A stretch of 64,000 nucleotides of DNA, from positions 120 through 64,119 of the forward strand of contig JAVXEO010000004.1 in NCBI GenBank assembly GCA_036658435.1. The letters run 5' to 3'. The DNA is from Acetivibrio sp. Its GTDB lineage: Bacteria > Bacillota > Clostridia > Lachnospirales > Lachnospiraceae. Position numbers and translations under genes: made by a program. This document shows, one piece after another, positions 9,752 to 18,444 of this stretch. The number at the start of each line of letters is the position of its first letter. Position 1 is the stretch's first letter. The notes under the pieces are model-generated. The model worked only from the letters and a program-made list of their open reading frames with translations. It ran no database searches and had not been told where the DNA came from.

Positions 9752-10186
9752 TCACTTCTCTGATTTACCCCCTATCATTTTTTTCATTCGTATTTTAGTT
9801 CCCTCATTTATCTTGGATTCTACCTCTAAACTATCCATAAACGTTTCCATAAACACAAAACCCATTCCGGAGCGTTCCCACTCCGGCCTTGTCGTGTAAA
9901 GAGGTTCCTTTGCTTTCTCAATATCATCAATTCCAATGCCCTGGTCACTTACTTCCACAATAAATTCTTGATGTTCCGCCGCACAGGTAATTTGTATTTT
10001 TCCTTCTTTTTTCCCGTATCCGTGTATGATGGAATTGGTAACCGCCTCCGATACCGCCGTTTTGATATCCGCAATTTCTTCAATGGTTGGATTCAGCCGT
10101 GCTGCAAATGCTGCAACTACCATTCTTGCAAAACTCTCGTTCTGTGATTTACTTTCAAACTCCAAAAACATTTCATTCCCACTCAT
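9752..10186 (-). CDS. spoIIAB: Anti-sigma F factor (serine kinase) SpoIIAB
   Basis: 144 aa HATPase_c-type protein (EAVTNSIIHGY, DQGIGI, GMGF). Confidence 0.9.
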   Translation of the reverse strand: MSGNEMFLEFESKSQNESFARMVVAAFAARLNPTIEEIADIKTAVSEAVTNSIIHGYGKKEGKIQITCAAEHQEFIVEVSDQGIGIDDIEKAKEPLYTTRPEWERSGMGFVFMETFMDSLEVESKINEGTKIRMKKMIGGKSEK

Positions 10187-10203
10187 ACTTATCTTTCCCC
10201 CTT

Positions 10204-10560
10204 TTACAATGCTTCTAAAGCTTCCTTTACCGTATTATATTTCTCTATCATCTTATAGATACCGGATAATCTAAAAATGCGGTCAACCGAAGGGTTTACC
10301 GATGTTACCGCAACTTTTCCTCCGGTGAAATTTACCTTTTTATATCGTCCCATAATCATACCGATTCCTGAACTATCCATAAAATTTACCCCTGCAAAAT
10401 CAAAAATAATATGTTTCATATTCTCTCTGTCCATTCGTTTATCTGCCTGTTCCCGTAGTGCTGCCACGCTGTGGTGGTCTAATTCCTGCCGCATATAGAT
10501 AATCAAACATTGTTTCATTGTTTGAAAGCTTACATCCTCTGGACCCGCTTCTTTTTTCAT
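10204..10560 (-). CDS. spoIIAA: Anti-sigma F factor antagonist SpoIIAA (STAS domain)
   Basis: 118 aa STAS protein with the phosphorylatable DSSGIG motif. Confidence 0.9.
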   Translation of the reverse strand: MKKEAGPEDVSFQTMKQCLIIYMRQELDHHSVAALREQADKRMDRENMKHIIFDFAGVNFMDSSGIGMIMGRYKKVNFTGGKVAVTSVNPSVDRIFRLSGIYKMIEKYNTVKEALEAL

Positions 10561-10671
10561 TTCTTAATTCCTTCCTTTTTTCATTTTCTATAAAAAAATC
10601 CCCATGATACCATACAGGAATTGCCTGTTTTATATCATAAGGATTTTCTTTCGTATTTATGTAGTTTTTAT

Positions 10672-12054
10672 TTACTGTTCTCCAATTTCCACCAAACGTC
10701 TTTTTGCATCCGTTACACGGTCAGAATCCGGATACTCATTTATAATCTTATTATAATATTCTTTTGCTTTCTCATATTCACCCAGACGGTGATAGGCTCG
10801 GCCCATAAAATAAATTGCTTTTACATTATTGGAATCCATGGTAATGGCCCGTTCTAAGATAACAATTGCGTCTTCATACTTCCCACGGTTATAAAGAACA
10901 CGTCCCTCTTCTGCCGTACCTTCCGCTGCGTCCGCAAACGTACTTTCTTTAATTATTTTGTAAATTTCCTTCGCCTTTACATTCTCAATTGCACTGGGTT
11001 TTACCTGTGCTAATTCCTTTGCAGCATGGATCTTATCTCCATCTATATAGTACTGAATCGCAGAATAGAAGTTATCATATACCTTCTTATCCATCCTTTT
11101 TTCTTTTAATTGGTTTAATTCTTTTTCCAAGGATTTCATTTGCGTTTTCAGAGTCTCGTTTTCGTTTTCCAATTGGGTGCCCTGAATGCTCTGTACCGCC
11201 ATTTCATCGCTATATTTTTTAAACTGTTCCTCATACTGAGACGCAATGCTCTTTTTTGCCGTTGGTACAATTAAAAAATAGACCACACAAACGCCTAAAA
11301 TTGCACCAATTAGTAAGTTCAAATACGGCCAAAAGTTAAACTTTTCTTCCTTATAGGAACCTTGGCTAAACGTCTGTGGACTGAGATTCTGTTCCTGAAA
11401 TGTTCCGGCATGGTCACTGGATAACTTCTCACCGGAATTAGTAAAGGTTCCTGGTAAGGAATCCATATATTTCAAGGTCAATGTATTATTTCTATCAATT
11501 TTATTTGCTTTTGAAAGACATTTTGCAGCTTTTCTATTGTCTCCTGCCTTCATATATAAAAGTGCCAGCAACTGATAGCTTCGAATGAATTTAGGGTTTA
11601 AGCTGCTTACTTTTTCAAGCTGCATAATGGCCAGATCTTCATTTCCCTGTTTTGCATAAGTTAATGCACTATTATACTTTTTAATGGTTTGGTTTATACT
11701 CTCCAAGCTGGATGCATTCTTTTGAATCTGGTTCATGTAATTATCTGCTGGATTGTCATCATTTTGGAAGTTTTTGCTGAGAACCCACTGGCTTAAGGCT
11801 TCCACCACTTCTCCCATTTCATAGTATACCAAACCCAGGAGATTTCTGGCTGCTGTATTCTTTTTATTCAGTCGAAGACTATTTTCCAGGGAAGCTGCCG
11901 CTCCGGACAGATCTCGGACTTTTGCCTTTTCCAGCCCAACATTGTAATACATATTGGAGGCACTGACTGCTCTTTTATATACCGTTAAATCTTGTCCACA
12001 ATCACATCTTGTATTATGGTAAGATATTTCTTTCCCGCAAACCGGACAAATCAT
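10672..12054 (-). CDS. Zinc-ribbon / TPR-repeat membrane protein
   Basis: 460 aa. N-terminal CPVCG...CDCG zinc ribbon, TPR-like repeats, one central TM helix (LNLLIGAILGVCVVYFLIV), a coiled coil, and more TPRs at the C-terminus. Confidence 0.75.
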   Translation of the reverse strand: MICPVCGKEISYHNTRCDCGQDLTVYKRAVSASNMYYNVGLEKAKVRDLSGAAASLENSLRLNKKNTAARNLLGLVYYEMGEVVEALSQWVLSKNFQNDDNPADNYMNQIQKNASSLESINQTIKKYNSALTYAKQGNEDLAIMQLEKVSSLNPKFIRSYQLLALLYMKAGDNRKAAKCLSKANKIDRNNTLTLKYMDSLPGTFTNSGEKLSSDHAGTFQEQNLSPQTFSQGSYKEEKFNFWPYLNLLIGAILGVCVVYFLIVPTAKKSIASQYEEQFKKYSDEMAVQSIQGTQLENENETLKTQMKSLEKELNQLKEKRMDKKVYDNFYSAIQYYIDGDKIHAAKELAQVKPSAIENVKAKEIYKIIKESTFADAAEGTAEEGRVLYNRGKYEDAIVILERAITMDSNNVKAIYFMGRAYHRLGEYEKAKEYYNKIINEYPDSDRVTDAKRRLVEIGEQ

Positions 12055-12287
12055 TCCGCTGCCTCCTACTTGTTCTTTATTTCTTTTAGCATATCACGAA
12101 TTATATCATTTACATCTGTAGAATCATTCTTATATATGGCATCTTCTGCCTGCTCAATTTCTAAACTAGGCTGAAATTTTTCTATTTCTTCATCAAAATT
12201 AATCATCCGTACCTCCTAATATTTGCGTATACTCATCATACTCAAAATATGCAGTAAATGCAATAAAATCCTTTCGTCAGGAATCGA

Positions 12288-13673
12288 CTAAATATTAGCC
12301 TTAAATTCAATTTCATTGGCTTTTTTAAAGTAAGTTACATTATAATTTTCAGATTCCATCATTTTTGTTACTCCATTAATGGATACTTTACTTCCTCTGT
12401 AAATACTTTTTAAAACAACCAGTCTTGCCGTAGTAGAATTTTCGATTTTTAGTTTTGTATTTTTCAGTTCATTTTGTAAGCTAGAAACTACCGCATCCTT
12501 TTCTATCTTTATTCGCATAAGATGAAGTTTCTTTTCTGCTAAATCCGGATTGTTTCCTTTTTCCAGAATCTTATTGATTTGCATAATTCCGGTTTCCAAT
12601 CGATTTATTTCGTTTAGTGTATCATCATATTTTTCTTTTACTTTATTCATATGTTCATATATTTCTTTATCAACACCCAGTATTATTTCTGTTTTTACTT
12701 CTGACATATTTCCAATAATGGTGGCTTCTACTCTTTGAATAGCTGCAATCGAGCCGCCTACAATGATACCTTTTTTACCGGATACGATTATACTTTGTTC
12801 TGACATCATATGGCAGTTTAAGATGGCATTTGCTTTTATACTGCCTTTGGCATAAATAGTTGTCTGTTCAAAGAATTTACCGGAAACATCTCCACCGGCC
12901 CGAATTTCTCCTCTTCCGCTTCCCTGCATTCCATTCTTTAGAATAACATCTTTTCCTGCAATCAGCTGGGCACCCTCAACATGTCCATTTATGGTAATAT
13001 TTCCTCTTGCTGTAATTACCATTCCCGTCACAACCGTTCCCCGAACAAATACATCTCCTGCGAAATTAATATTTCCGGTAATTATGGTAACGTCCCCATC
13101 TATGGTTATCATGTTTAAAACATTAAGACGCTCATTTTCGTACTCAACCTTTCCGGTTAGAAGGGACGTATAGACTTTTTTGTCTTCCGATATGGCAAAT
13201 CCTTTTCCTTTTAATGGAGTAAGTTCTCTTCCTGTTTTTGCTAAAATTGGTTTTCCAAATACATCAACTCCATTACTTCCCGGCTCTGCAGGTTTATAAT
13301 GTACAATTTCTGCTCCCTCTTCTACGGCTGCAACATCCTGCATATTTCCATAGTCTACCGATCCATCCGGCAAAATTCTGGGTTTCTTATCTTTCACAAT
13401 CTGAAATAAAAACTGATATTCTCCATCTTTTCCATCCTGTACCGGAGTGCCTTCCGCTACCAGGGTTTCTGCAAAGTAGTCTTTTGTCTCAATTAATGCC
13501 TGAAGTACTTCTTCTTTGATTCCCTCCAGCACCCCATTTTTTTCAAGAAGCTCTTTTAGGTCCTTCACCTCATAGGACTCGTCTAAACTAGGTGGACACA
13601 GACTAAGAAACGCCTGGGTTCCATCTTCTGATATCTTAACCGTGGAATGGTTTGTTTCTATATTAATTGCCAT
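12288..13673 (-). CDS. FapA-like (DUF342) protein
   Basis: 461 aa. Central Gly/Val/Ile-rich beta-helix-like repeats (GDVTIITGNINFAGDVFVRGTVVTGMVITARGNITINGHVEG...) and a C-terminal coiled coil, as in flagellar-assembly-protein-A/DUF342 proteins. Confidence 0.7.
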   Translation of the reverse strand: MAINIETNHSTVKISEDGTQAFLSLCPPSLDESYEVKDLKELLEKNGVLEGIKEEVLQALIETKDYFAETLVAEGTPVQDGKDGEYQFLFQIVKDKKPRILPDGSVDYGNMQDVAAVEEGAEIVHYKPAEPGSNGVDVFGKPILAKTGRELTPLKGKGFAISEDKKVYTSLLTGKVEYENERLNVLNMITIDGDVTIITGNINFAGDVFVRGTVVTGMVITARGNITINGHVEGAQLIAGKDVILKNGMQGSGRGEIRAGGDVSGKFFEQTTIYAKGSIKANAILNCHMMSEQSIIVSGKKGIIVGGSIAAIQRVEATIIGNMSEVKTEIILGVDKEIYEHMNKVKEKYDDTLNEINRLETGIMQINKILEKGNNPDLAEKKLHLMRIKIEKDAVVSSLQNELKNTKLKIENSTTARLVVLKSIYRGSKVSINGVTKMMESENYNVTYFKKANEIEFKANI

Positions 13674-13689
13674 ATATCCACCTCTTTCT

Positions 13690-16353
13690 TTATTTTTTCA
13701 AATTGTTTAAACGTTCCGTGACTTGTTCCATCATATTGGTATATTTTTCAAGCTTTGCTTTTTCTTCTTCTATTTTTTCCTTCGGTGCTTTACTTACAAA
13801 ACGCTCATTGGAAAGCATTCCCTTTACACGTTTTAATTCTCCTTCTAAACGTATCTTTTCTTTCTCCAAACGTTCTATTTCTTTTGAGAGATCAACCAGT
13901 TCTGCAAAAGGCATATAAATTATAGCTCCATGAATCACCGTTGAAACCGCATCCTCTGGAATATCTGACTTATCCTTTTTCACAAGAACCTCGCTTGCAT
14001 ATCCAAGGGCTGAAAAGAATACATTATTTTCCTTGAATGTGTTTCGAATATTTTCATCTTCTGAAACAACGATTACCGTAGCCTTCTTGCTTGGGGGTAC
14101 ATTCATTTCTGCCCGTACATTACGAATTCCTTTTACGGCTGTTTTAATCATCTCTACCGCTGCTTCTTCTTTCTCAAAATTATATTTTTCCTGATACAGC
14201 GGCCACTGGGATATCATAATGGATTCTTCTTCCTCTTGTAAGGTACAAAAAATCTCTTCGGTAATAAATGGCATATAAGGGTGCAAAAGCTTTAAAGATT
14301 GAATTAATACAGACTTTAACGTCCATAGCGCTGCCCCTCTTGTTTCATCTTTATCATTATATAACCTTGGCTTTACCATTTCAATATACCAGTCACAAAA
14401 TTCTTCCCAAATAAAATCATAAACCTTCTGTACCGCAATTCCCAGTTCGAAATCTTCCATATTATCCGTAACTTCTTTTATAAGTTTGTTTACCTTGGAT
14501 AATATCCATTGATCTGCCTGGGTAAATCCCTCTTCCTTTGGTTCCGCTTTATCAAGATTCATCATAATAAAACGGGAGGCATTCCATACCTTATTGGCAA
14601 AGTTTCGACTTGCTTCCACACGCTCTATATAAAATCTCATGTCGTTTCCAGGTGCATTTCCGGTAATCAGAGTAAATCGAAGGGCATCGGCACCAAACTT
14701 TGAAATAATTTCCAAAGGATCAATCCCGTTACCAAGAGACTTGCTCATCTTTCTTCCTTCTGAATCACGAATTAGTCCATGAAAAAGAACGGTATCAAAT
14801 GGTTTTTCTCCCATATGTTCATATCCGGAAAACACCATGCGGATAACCCAGAAGAAAATAATATCATAGCCGGTTACCAGTACATTGGTAGGATAAAAGT
14901 ACTCCAGTTCCTCTGTTTTTTCCGGCCATCCTAAGGTGGAAAATGGCCAAAGTGCAGAGCTAAACCAAGTATCCAGCGTATCTTCATCCTGAGTCAAATG
15001 CCCGTAACCACATTTTGGACAAATCTCCGGTTTTTGGGAAGCTCTTGCAACTACAACTTCACCGCATTTATCACAATAGTATGCCGGAATTCTATGTCCC
15101 CACCATAATTGTCTGGATATACACCAATCGCGTATATTATCGGTCCAATTAAAATAAGTTTTTTTCATTCTTTCGGGTATTAACTGAATTTCTCCACTCT
15201 TAACCGACTCCACCGCAGGTTGAATCAGATCCTCCATTTTTACAAACCACTGTTGCTTAATCATAGGTTCTATCGTTGTTCCGCAACGGTCATGAGTCCC
15301 TACATTATGGGAGTGATCCACTACTTTAACCAAAAGACCGGCTTCCTCTAAGTCTTTTACCATAACTTTTCTGGCTTCGTAACGGTCCATCCCTGCATAT
15401 TTTCCACCCTTTTCATTGATGGTGGCATCATCATTCATAATATTAATTTCCGGAAGATTGTGTCTTTTTCCAACTTCAAAATCGTTTGGATCATGTGCCG
15501 GTGTAATCTTAACAACACCGGTTCCAAATTCTTTATCTACATAGGAGTCTGCAACTACCGGAATCTCTCTGTTGACAAGTGGCAGCACCACCATCTTTCC
15601 TATTAAATCCTGATAACGTGGATCCTCTGGATGTACAGCAACTGCCGTATCTCCAAGAAGAGTTTCCGGCCTTGTGGTTGCGATTTCTACGAATTGTCCT
15701 TCTTCTCCTGCAATAGGATACTTAATATGCCAAAAATGGCCTGCCTGTTCTTCATGTTCTACTTCCGCATCCGAAATAGAAGTCTGACAAACCGGACACC
15801 AGTTAATGATTCTGGAACCCTTATATATCCTGTCTTTTTCATATAATTTCACAAAAACTTCTTCTACTGCTTTTGAACAGCCCTCATCTAAAGTAAAGCG
15901 TTCTCTGTCCCAATCACAGGAAGAACCCAGTTTTTTCAACTGTTCTACAATGGTTCCGCCGTATTCTTCTTTCCACTCCCAGGTTCTTTTTAAAAAGCCT
16001 TCTCTTCCAAGCTCTTCCTTATCGATTCCTTCTTCTTTTAACTGATTCATAACTTTTACTTCTGTAGAAATACTTGCGTGGTCCGTACCGGGAAGCCATA
16101 GCGCTTCATATCCCTGCATTCTTTTAAATCGAATTAAAATATCCTGCATAGTCTCATCCAGAGCATGCCCCATATGCAGCTTTCCCGTAATATTGGGAGG
16201 GGGAATCACAATCGTAAACGGTTTCTTATTTTTATTTACTTCCCCATGAAAGTATTTCTTTTTTATCCATTTTGCATATAATCGATCTTCTATTTCATTT
16301 GGATCATATGTTTTTTCCAATTCTTTTTTCATTTTAATACCCATGCCTTTCAA
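13690..16353 (-). CDS. valS: Valine--tRNA ligase
   Basis: 887 aa. HIGH-type motif [18 protein letters not shown], and a C-terminal coiled coil. The track start is a TTG (16353). ATGs at 16344 and 16332 ([11 protein letters not shown]...) are equally possible. Confidence 0.95.
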   Translation of the reverse strand: MKGMGIKMKKELEKTYDPNEIEDRLYAKWIKKKYFHGEVNKNKKPFTIVIPPPNITGKLHMGHALDETMQDILIRFKRMQGYEALWLPGTDHASISTEVKVMNQLKEEGIDKEELGREGFLKRTWEWKEEYGGTIVEQLKKLGSSCDWDRERFTLDEGCSKAVEEVFVKLYEKDRIYKGSRIINWCPVCQTSISDAEVEHEEQAGHFWHIKYPIAGEEGQFVEIATTRPETLLGDTAVAVHPEDPRYQDLIGKMVVLPLVNREIPVVADSYVDKEFGTGVVKITPAHDPNDFEVGKRHNLPEINIMNDDATINEKGGKYAGMDRYEARKVMVKDLEEAGLLVKVVDHSHNVGTHDRCGTTIEPMIKQQWFVKMEDLIQPAVESVKSGEIQLIPERMKKTYFNWTDNIRDWCISRQLWWGHRIPAYYCDKCGEVVVARASQKPEICPKCGYGHLTQDEDTLDTWFSSALWPFSTLGWPEKTEELEYFYPTNVLVTGYDIIFFWVIRMVFSGYEHMGEKPFDTVLFHGLIRDSEGRKMSKSLGNGIDPLEIISKFGADALRFTLITGNAPGNDMRFYIERVEASRNFANKVWNASRFIMMNLDKAEPKEEGFTQADQWILSKVNKLIKEVTDNMEDFELGIAVQKVYDFIWEEFCDWYIEMVKPRLYNDKDETRGAALWTLKSVLIQSLKLLHPYMPFITEEIFCTLQEEEESIMISQWPLYQEKYNFEKEEAAVEMIKTAVKGIRNVRAEMNVPPSKKATVIVVSEDENIRNTFKENNVFFSALGYASEVLVKKDKSDIPEDAVSTVIHGAIIYMPFAELVDLSKEIERLEKEKIRLEGELKRVKGMLSNERFVSKAPKEKIEEEKAKLEKYTNMMEQVTERLNNLKK

Positions 16354-16426
16354 TTTTTCTTACATTTGTGACTGTTTCCTGCCGCAATCGCAAATTCAAT
16401 CTATAGCCTTCGCTATCATAACTACA

Positions 16427-16455
16427 AGATTAGATAAAAAGTTCCCTCTTGTCAA
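16427..16455 (-). promoter_or_regulatory. Candidate sigma-A promoter for valS
   Basis: Minus strand reads TTGACA (16455-16450), 17 nt, TAATCT (16432-16427). The -10 is weak. Confidence 0.3.
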
Positions 16456-16470
16456 GTATTTTTCATAAGC

Positions 16471-17637
16471 TTATAAATTCAGGTCGTAGTTTCTTAAAGT
16501 ATCCATAACCTCGTCTCTCATTTTTTTGTTTTCATCCACAAATTCTTGAATTTCTTTTTTATTTTGTGCGTAAGTCTTATTATTATAGTCTAGGTTGTCC
16601 CGAAGTTTCTGTCGCCTGATATTCAGACGATGACGCACCTCTACCATTTCTCTTTTGTCGTTAATGGCCTCTGCCTGGTATAACCAGATTTCCCCATCTG
16701 AAATCTGGTATTTCTTTAACTCGCAAAGGAGTAAATCTTTTGCTTCCTTTAATTTTTCTGTATTTAATTCATATTTTTTTTCATTTTCCCTTGCTATTAA
16801 AAATTGTTTCCATATATATTCCAATTCGGTGGAACTACTCACATCAAATTTCTCATAAGCATATTCTAAAAGACTCATATTGTTTACATACTTAATTTTT
16901 ACTTTATTTAAAAGTCTAATGGCCTTATGCAATTTTCTACCAACTAACTGCATATCCTGACGGTTTTGATTTGCCTGTATAAAAATATAAAATCCTATGA
17001 TTGCTGCTAATACAATTGTTAAAAGGAAAGGAATTGCCATACTCTCTTCAAATGCCAAAGACAGTACCATCATTAGTGCAAACACGCTAATCACTAATAC
17101 CGCCATTGTTGTCACGGTCTTCTTTAAAAATGCCTGCTTTTCAATTAATTCTTCCTGCTCAAAAAGCAAGGCTCCCTTTTCTCCCTCTAAATGATACAAA
17201 TCCCCTTTAATAATACCATTATAACTCTCATTTCCACGCATGGTCTTTAATTCTTCTGCAATCTCTTTCCCCTGCTTCTCCAACATGCTTCTCTGCTGAC
17301 TGGTAATTTTTTCATCTTTTCCTTTATACTTTTCTCTTTCTTTTGTATAAAGAGTGATGTTTTCTGCTGCCTTTTCTATCACTTCTCGTTCATCCGAAGG
17401 AATCATATCGATTTTTTGAATATCTGTTAAATAAGAACTAACAATATGATATTCCCCCTTCATTTCTTCTATTTGGCGCTTTATTTCTACCATTTGCTCG
17501 CAGCAATCCACTACGTTTGTAATACTAACGGCTTTCTGTGGCTGTACTTCCTGTACCGTTTTGAGAACTTCTTCTTTCTGTAATGGAGTCCCCATTTTTT
17601 TTACTGATTTCTTAGAAAATCTTTTAAACAAGCCCAT
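16471..17637 (-). CDS. Hypothetical coiled-coil protein with central two-helix membrane hairpin (operon gene D)
   Basis: Long open frame. Start placed at ATG 17637 (MGLFKRFSKK...), preceded by AGGAAG at 9 nt and overlapping the stop of gene C by 14 nt. The track start at 17685 has no SD. Two adjacent TM helices (MAVLVISVFALMMVLSLAF / IPFLLTIVLAAIIGFYIFI) are flanked by heptad-rich segments. I recognise no family. Confidence 0.7.
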   Translation of the reverse strand: MGLFKRFSKKSVKKMGTPLQKEEVLKTVQEVQPQKAVSITNVVDCCEQMVEIKRQIEEMKGEYHIVSSYLTDIQKIDMIPSDEREVIEKAAENITLYTKEREKYKGKDEKITSQQRSMLEKQGKEIAEELKTMRGNESYNGIIKGDLYHLEGEKGALLFEQEELIEKQAFLKKTVTTMAVLVISVFALMMVLSLAFEESMAIPFLLTIVLAAIIGFYIFIQANQNRQDMQLVGRKLHKAIRLLNKVKIKYVNNMSLLEYAYEKFDVSSSTELEYIWKQFLIARENEKKYELNTEKLKEAKDLLLCELKKYQISDGEIWLYQAEAINDKREMVEVRHRLNIRRQKLRDNLDYNNKTYAQNKKEIQEFVDENKKMRDEVMDTLRNYDLNL

Positions 17638-18433
17638 TTTTATACTCTTCCTTCCATTTTGCAATGATTGCATAAAGATTTTCATAATAGATATCCACTT
17701 TTCCTTCTTCTTTCAATACATCCATTTCGGAAAGCTTCTGGTAAATGTCCAAGTGCTCTGCCTCTAGCATCGTCTCTTCTATTTTATTTAATAGCACTTC
17801 CTGACTTTTCTCTTGTTCCGAAAGATCCTTCTTCGTTAATTTCACACAAAATAAATAGGCCAATAGGGAATCCCGGCTCTTATTCTCTTGATATGCTTCT
17901 TCAAAGGTATTCGCTGCATCCATATAAGAGGAGGAATACAATTTTGTAATTCCCATATTATGTAAAACATTTCCTTTGAAAAGTTCCGATGTTTTTTCTG
18001 TTTTTACACGTTCCAATATTTCATTGTAAACCTTTGCTGCATGAAAATAATTTCCATTCTTTAAAAAATTATCCCCCCGTAACTTGTTTCTCTCTAGTTC
18101 GTTTACCTTTGCAAGTTTATCCATGGTTTTTATTAAATCTTTAATTTCCTGCTCTTCGTAATAATCTGTACTGCATAAAATGGTTACTACCATATCTTTT
18201 AAAGTCTCTTTTTGATGAAGCATCTTCTTTAGTTTATTTGCGGTTACCGGCATATTCCATTCCTTTTCTATAAAATCCATTAGTTCCAGTGTGAAATCCC
18301 TGCTAGAAAGGGTATAGATATTATTATATATATAGTAACACAATTCTTCCATTGAATAAACTTTCGTACTCGTAAGAGGAAAAAGAAAGGGTGTTTTTGA
18401 AATATTACCGGTACACAATATTAATTTTCCCAT
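17624..18433 (-). CDS. Hypothetical TPR-like helical protein (operon gene C)
   Basis: 269 aa, no signal peptide or TM helix. TPR-like pairs (GDNFLKNGNYFHAAKVYNEILE; GNVLHNMGITKLYSSSYMDAANTFEEAYQ). SD AGGAGA overlaps the stop codon of gene B. Confidence 0.7.
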   Translation of the reverse strand: MGKLILCTGNISKTPFLFPLTSTKVYSMEELCYYIYNNIYTLSSRDFTLELMDFIEKEWNMPVTANKLKKMLHQKETLKDMVVTILCSTDYYEEQEIKDLIKTMDKLAKVNELERNKLRGDNFLKNGNYFHAAKVYNEILERVKTEKTSELFKGNVLHNMGITKLYSSSYMDAANTFEEAYQENKSRDSLLAYLFCVKLTKKDLSEQEKSQEVLLNKIEETMLEAEHLDIYQKLSEMDVLKEEGKVDIYYENLYAIIAKWKEEYKNGLV

Positions 18434-18444
18434 TCACTATTCTC

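Noticed and set aside
12060-12206. Intact ~48-aa ORF (MINFDEEIEKFQPSLEIEQ...) upstream of the zinc-ribbon/TPR gene.
   Set aside because: My first read accidentally inserted two T's. A base-by-base recount shows the ATG frame stops after 12 codons (TAG 12170-12168). It is reported only as a possible frameshift or recoding candidate, not as a gene.
16354-16470. T-box leader upstream of valS.
   Set aside because: Only ~117 nt are available between gene D's stop and valS. I see no specifier-loop/T-box (AANNNGGGTGGTACCGCG-like) sequence and no terminator/antiterminator pair. A simple promoter fits better.
17624-17685. 62-nt overlap of genes C and D as evidence of a frameshift-split single gene.
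   Set aside because: The two frames have independent, well-placed SD/ATG signals and different predicted architectures (soluble TPR versus membrane coiled coil). The overlap shrinks to a 14-nt coupling overlap with the better start.
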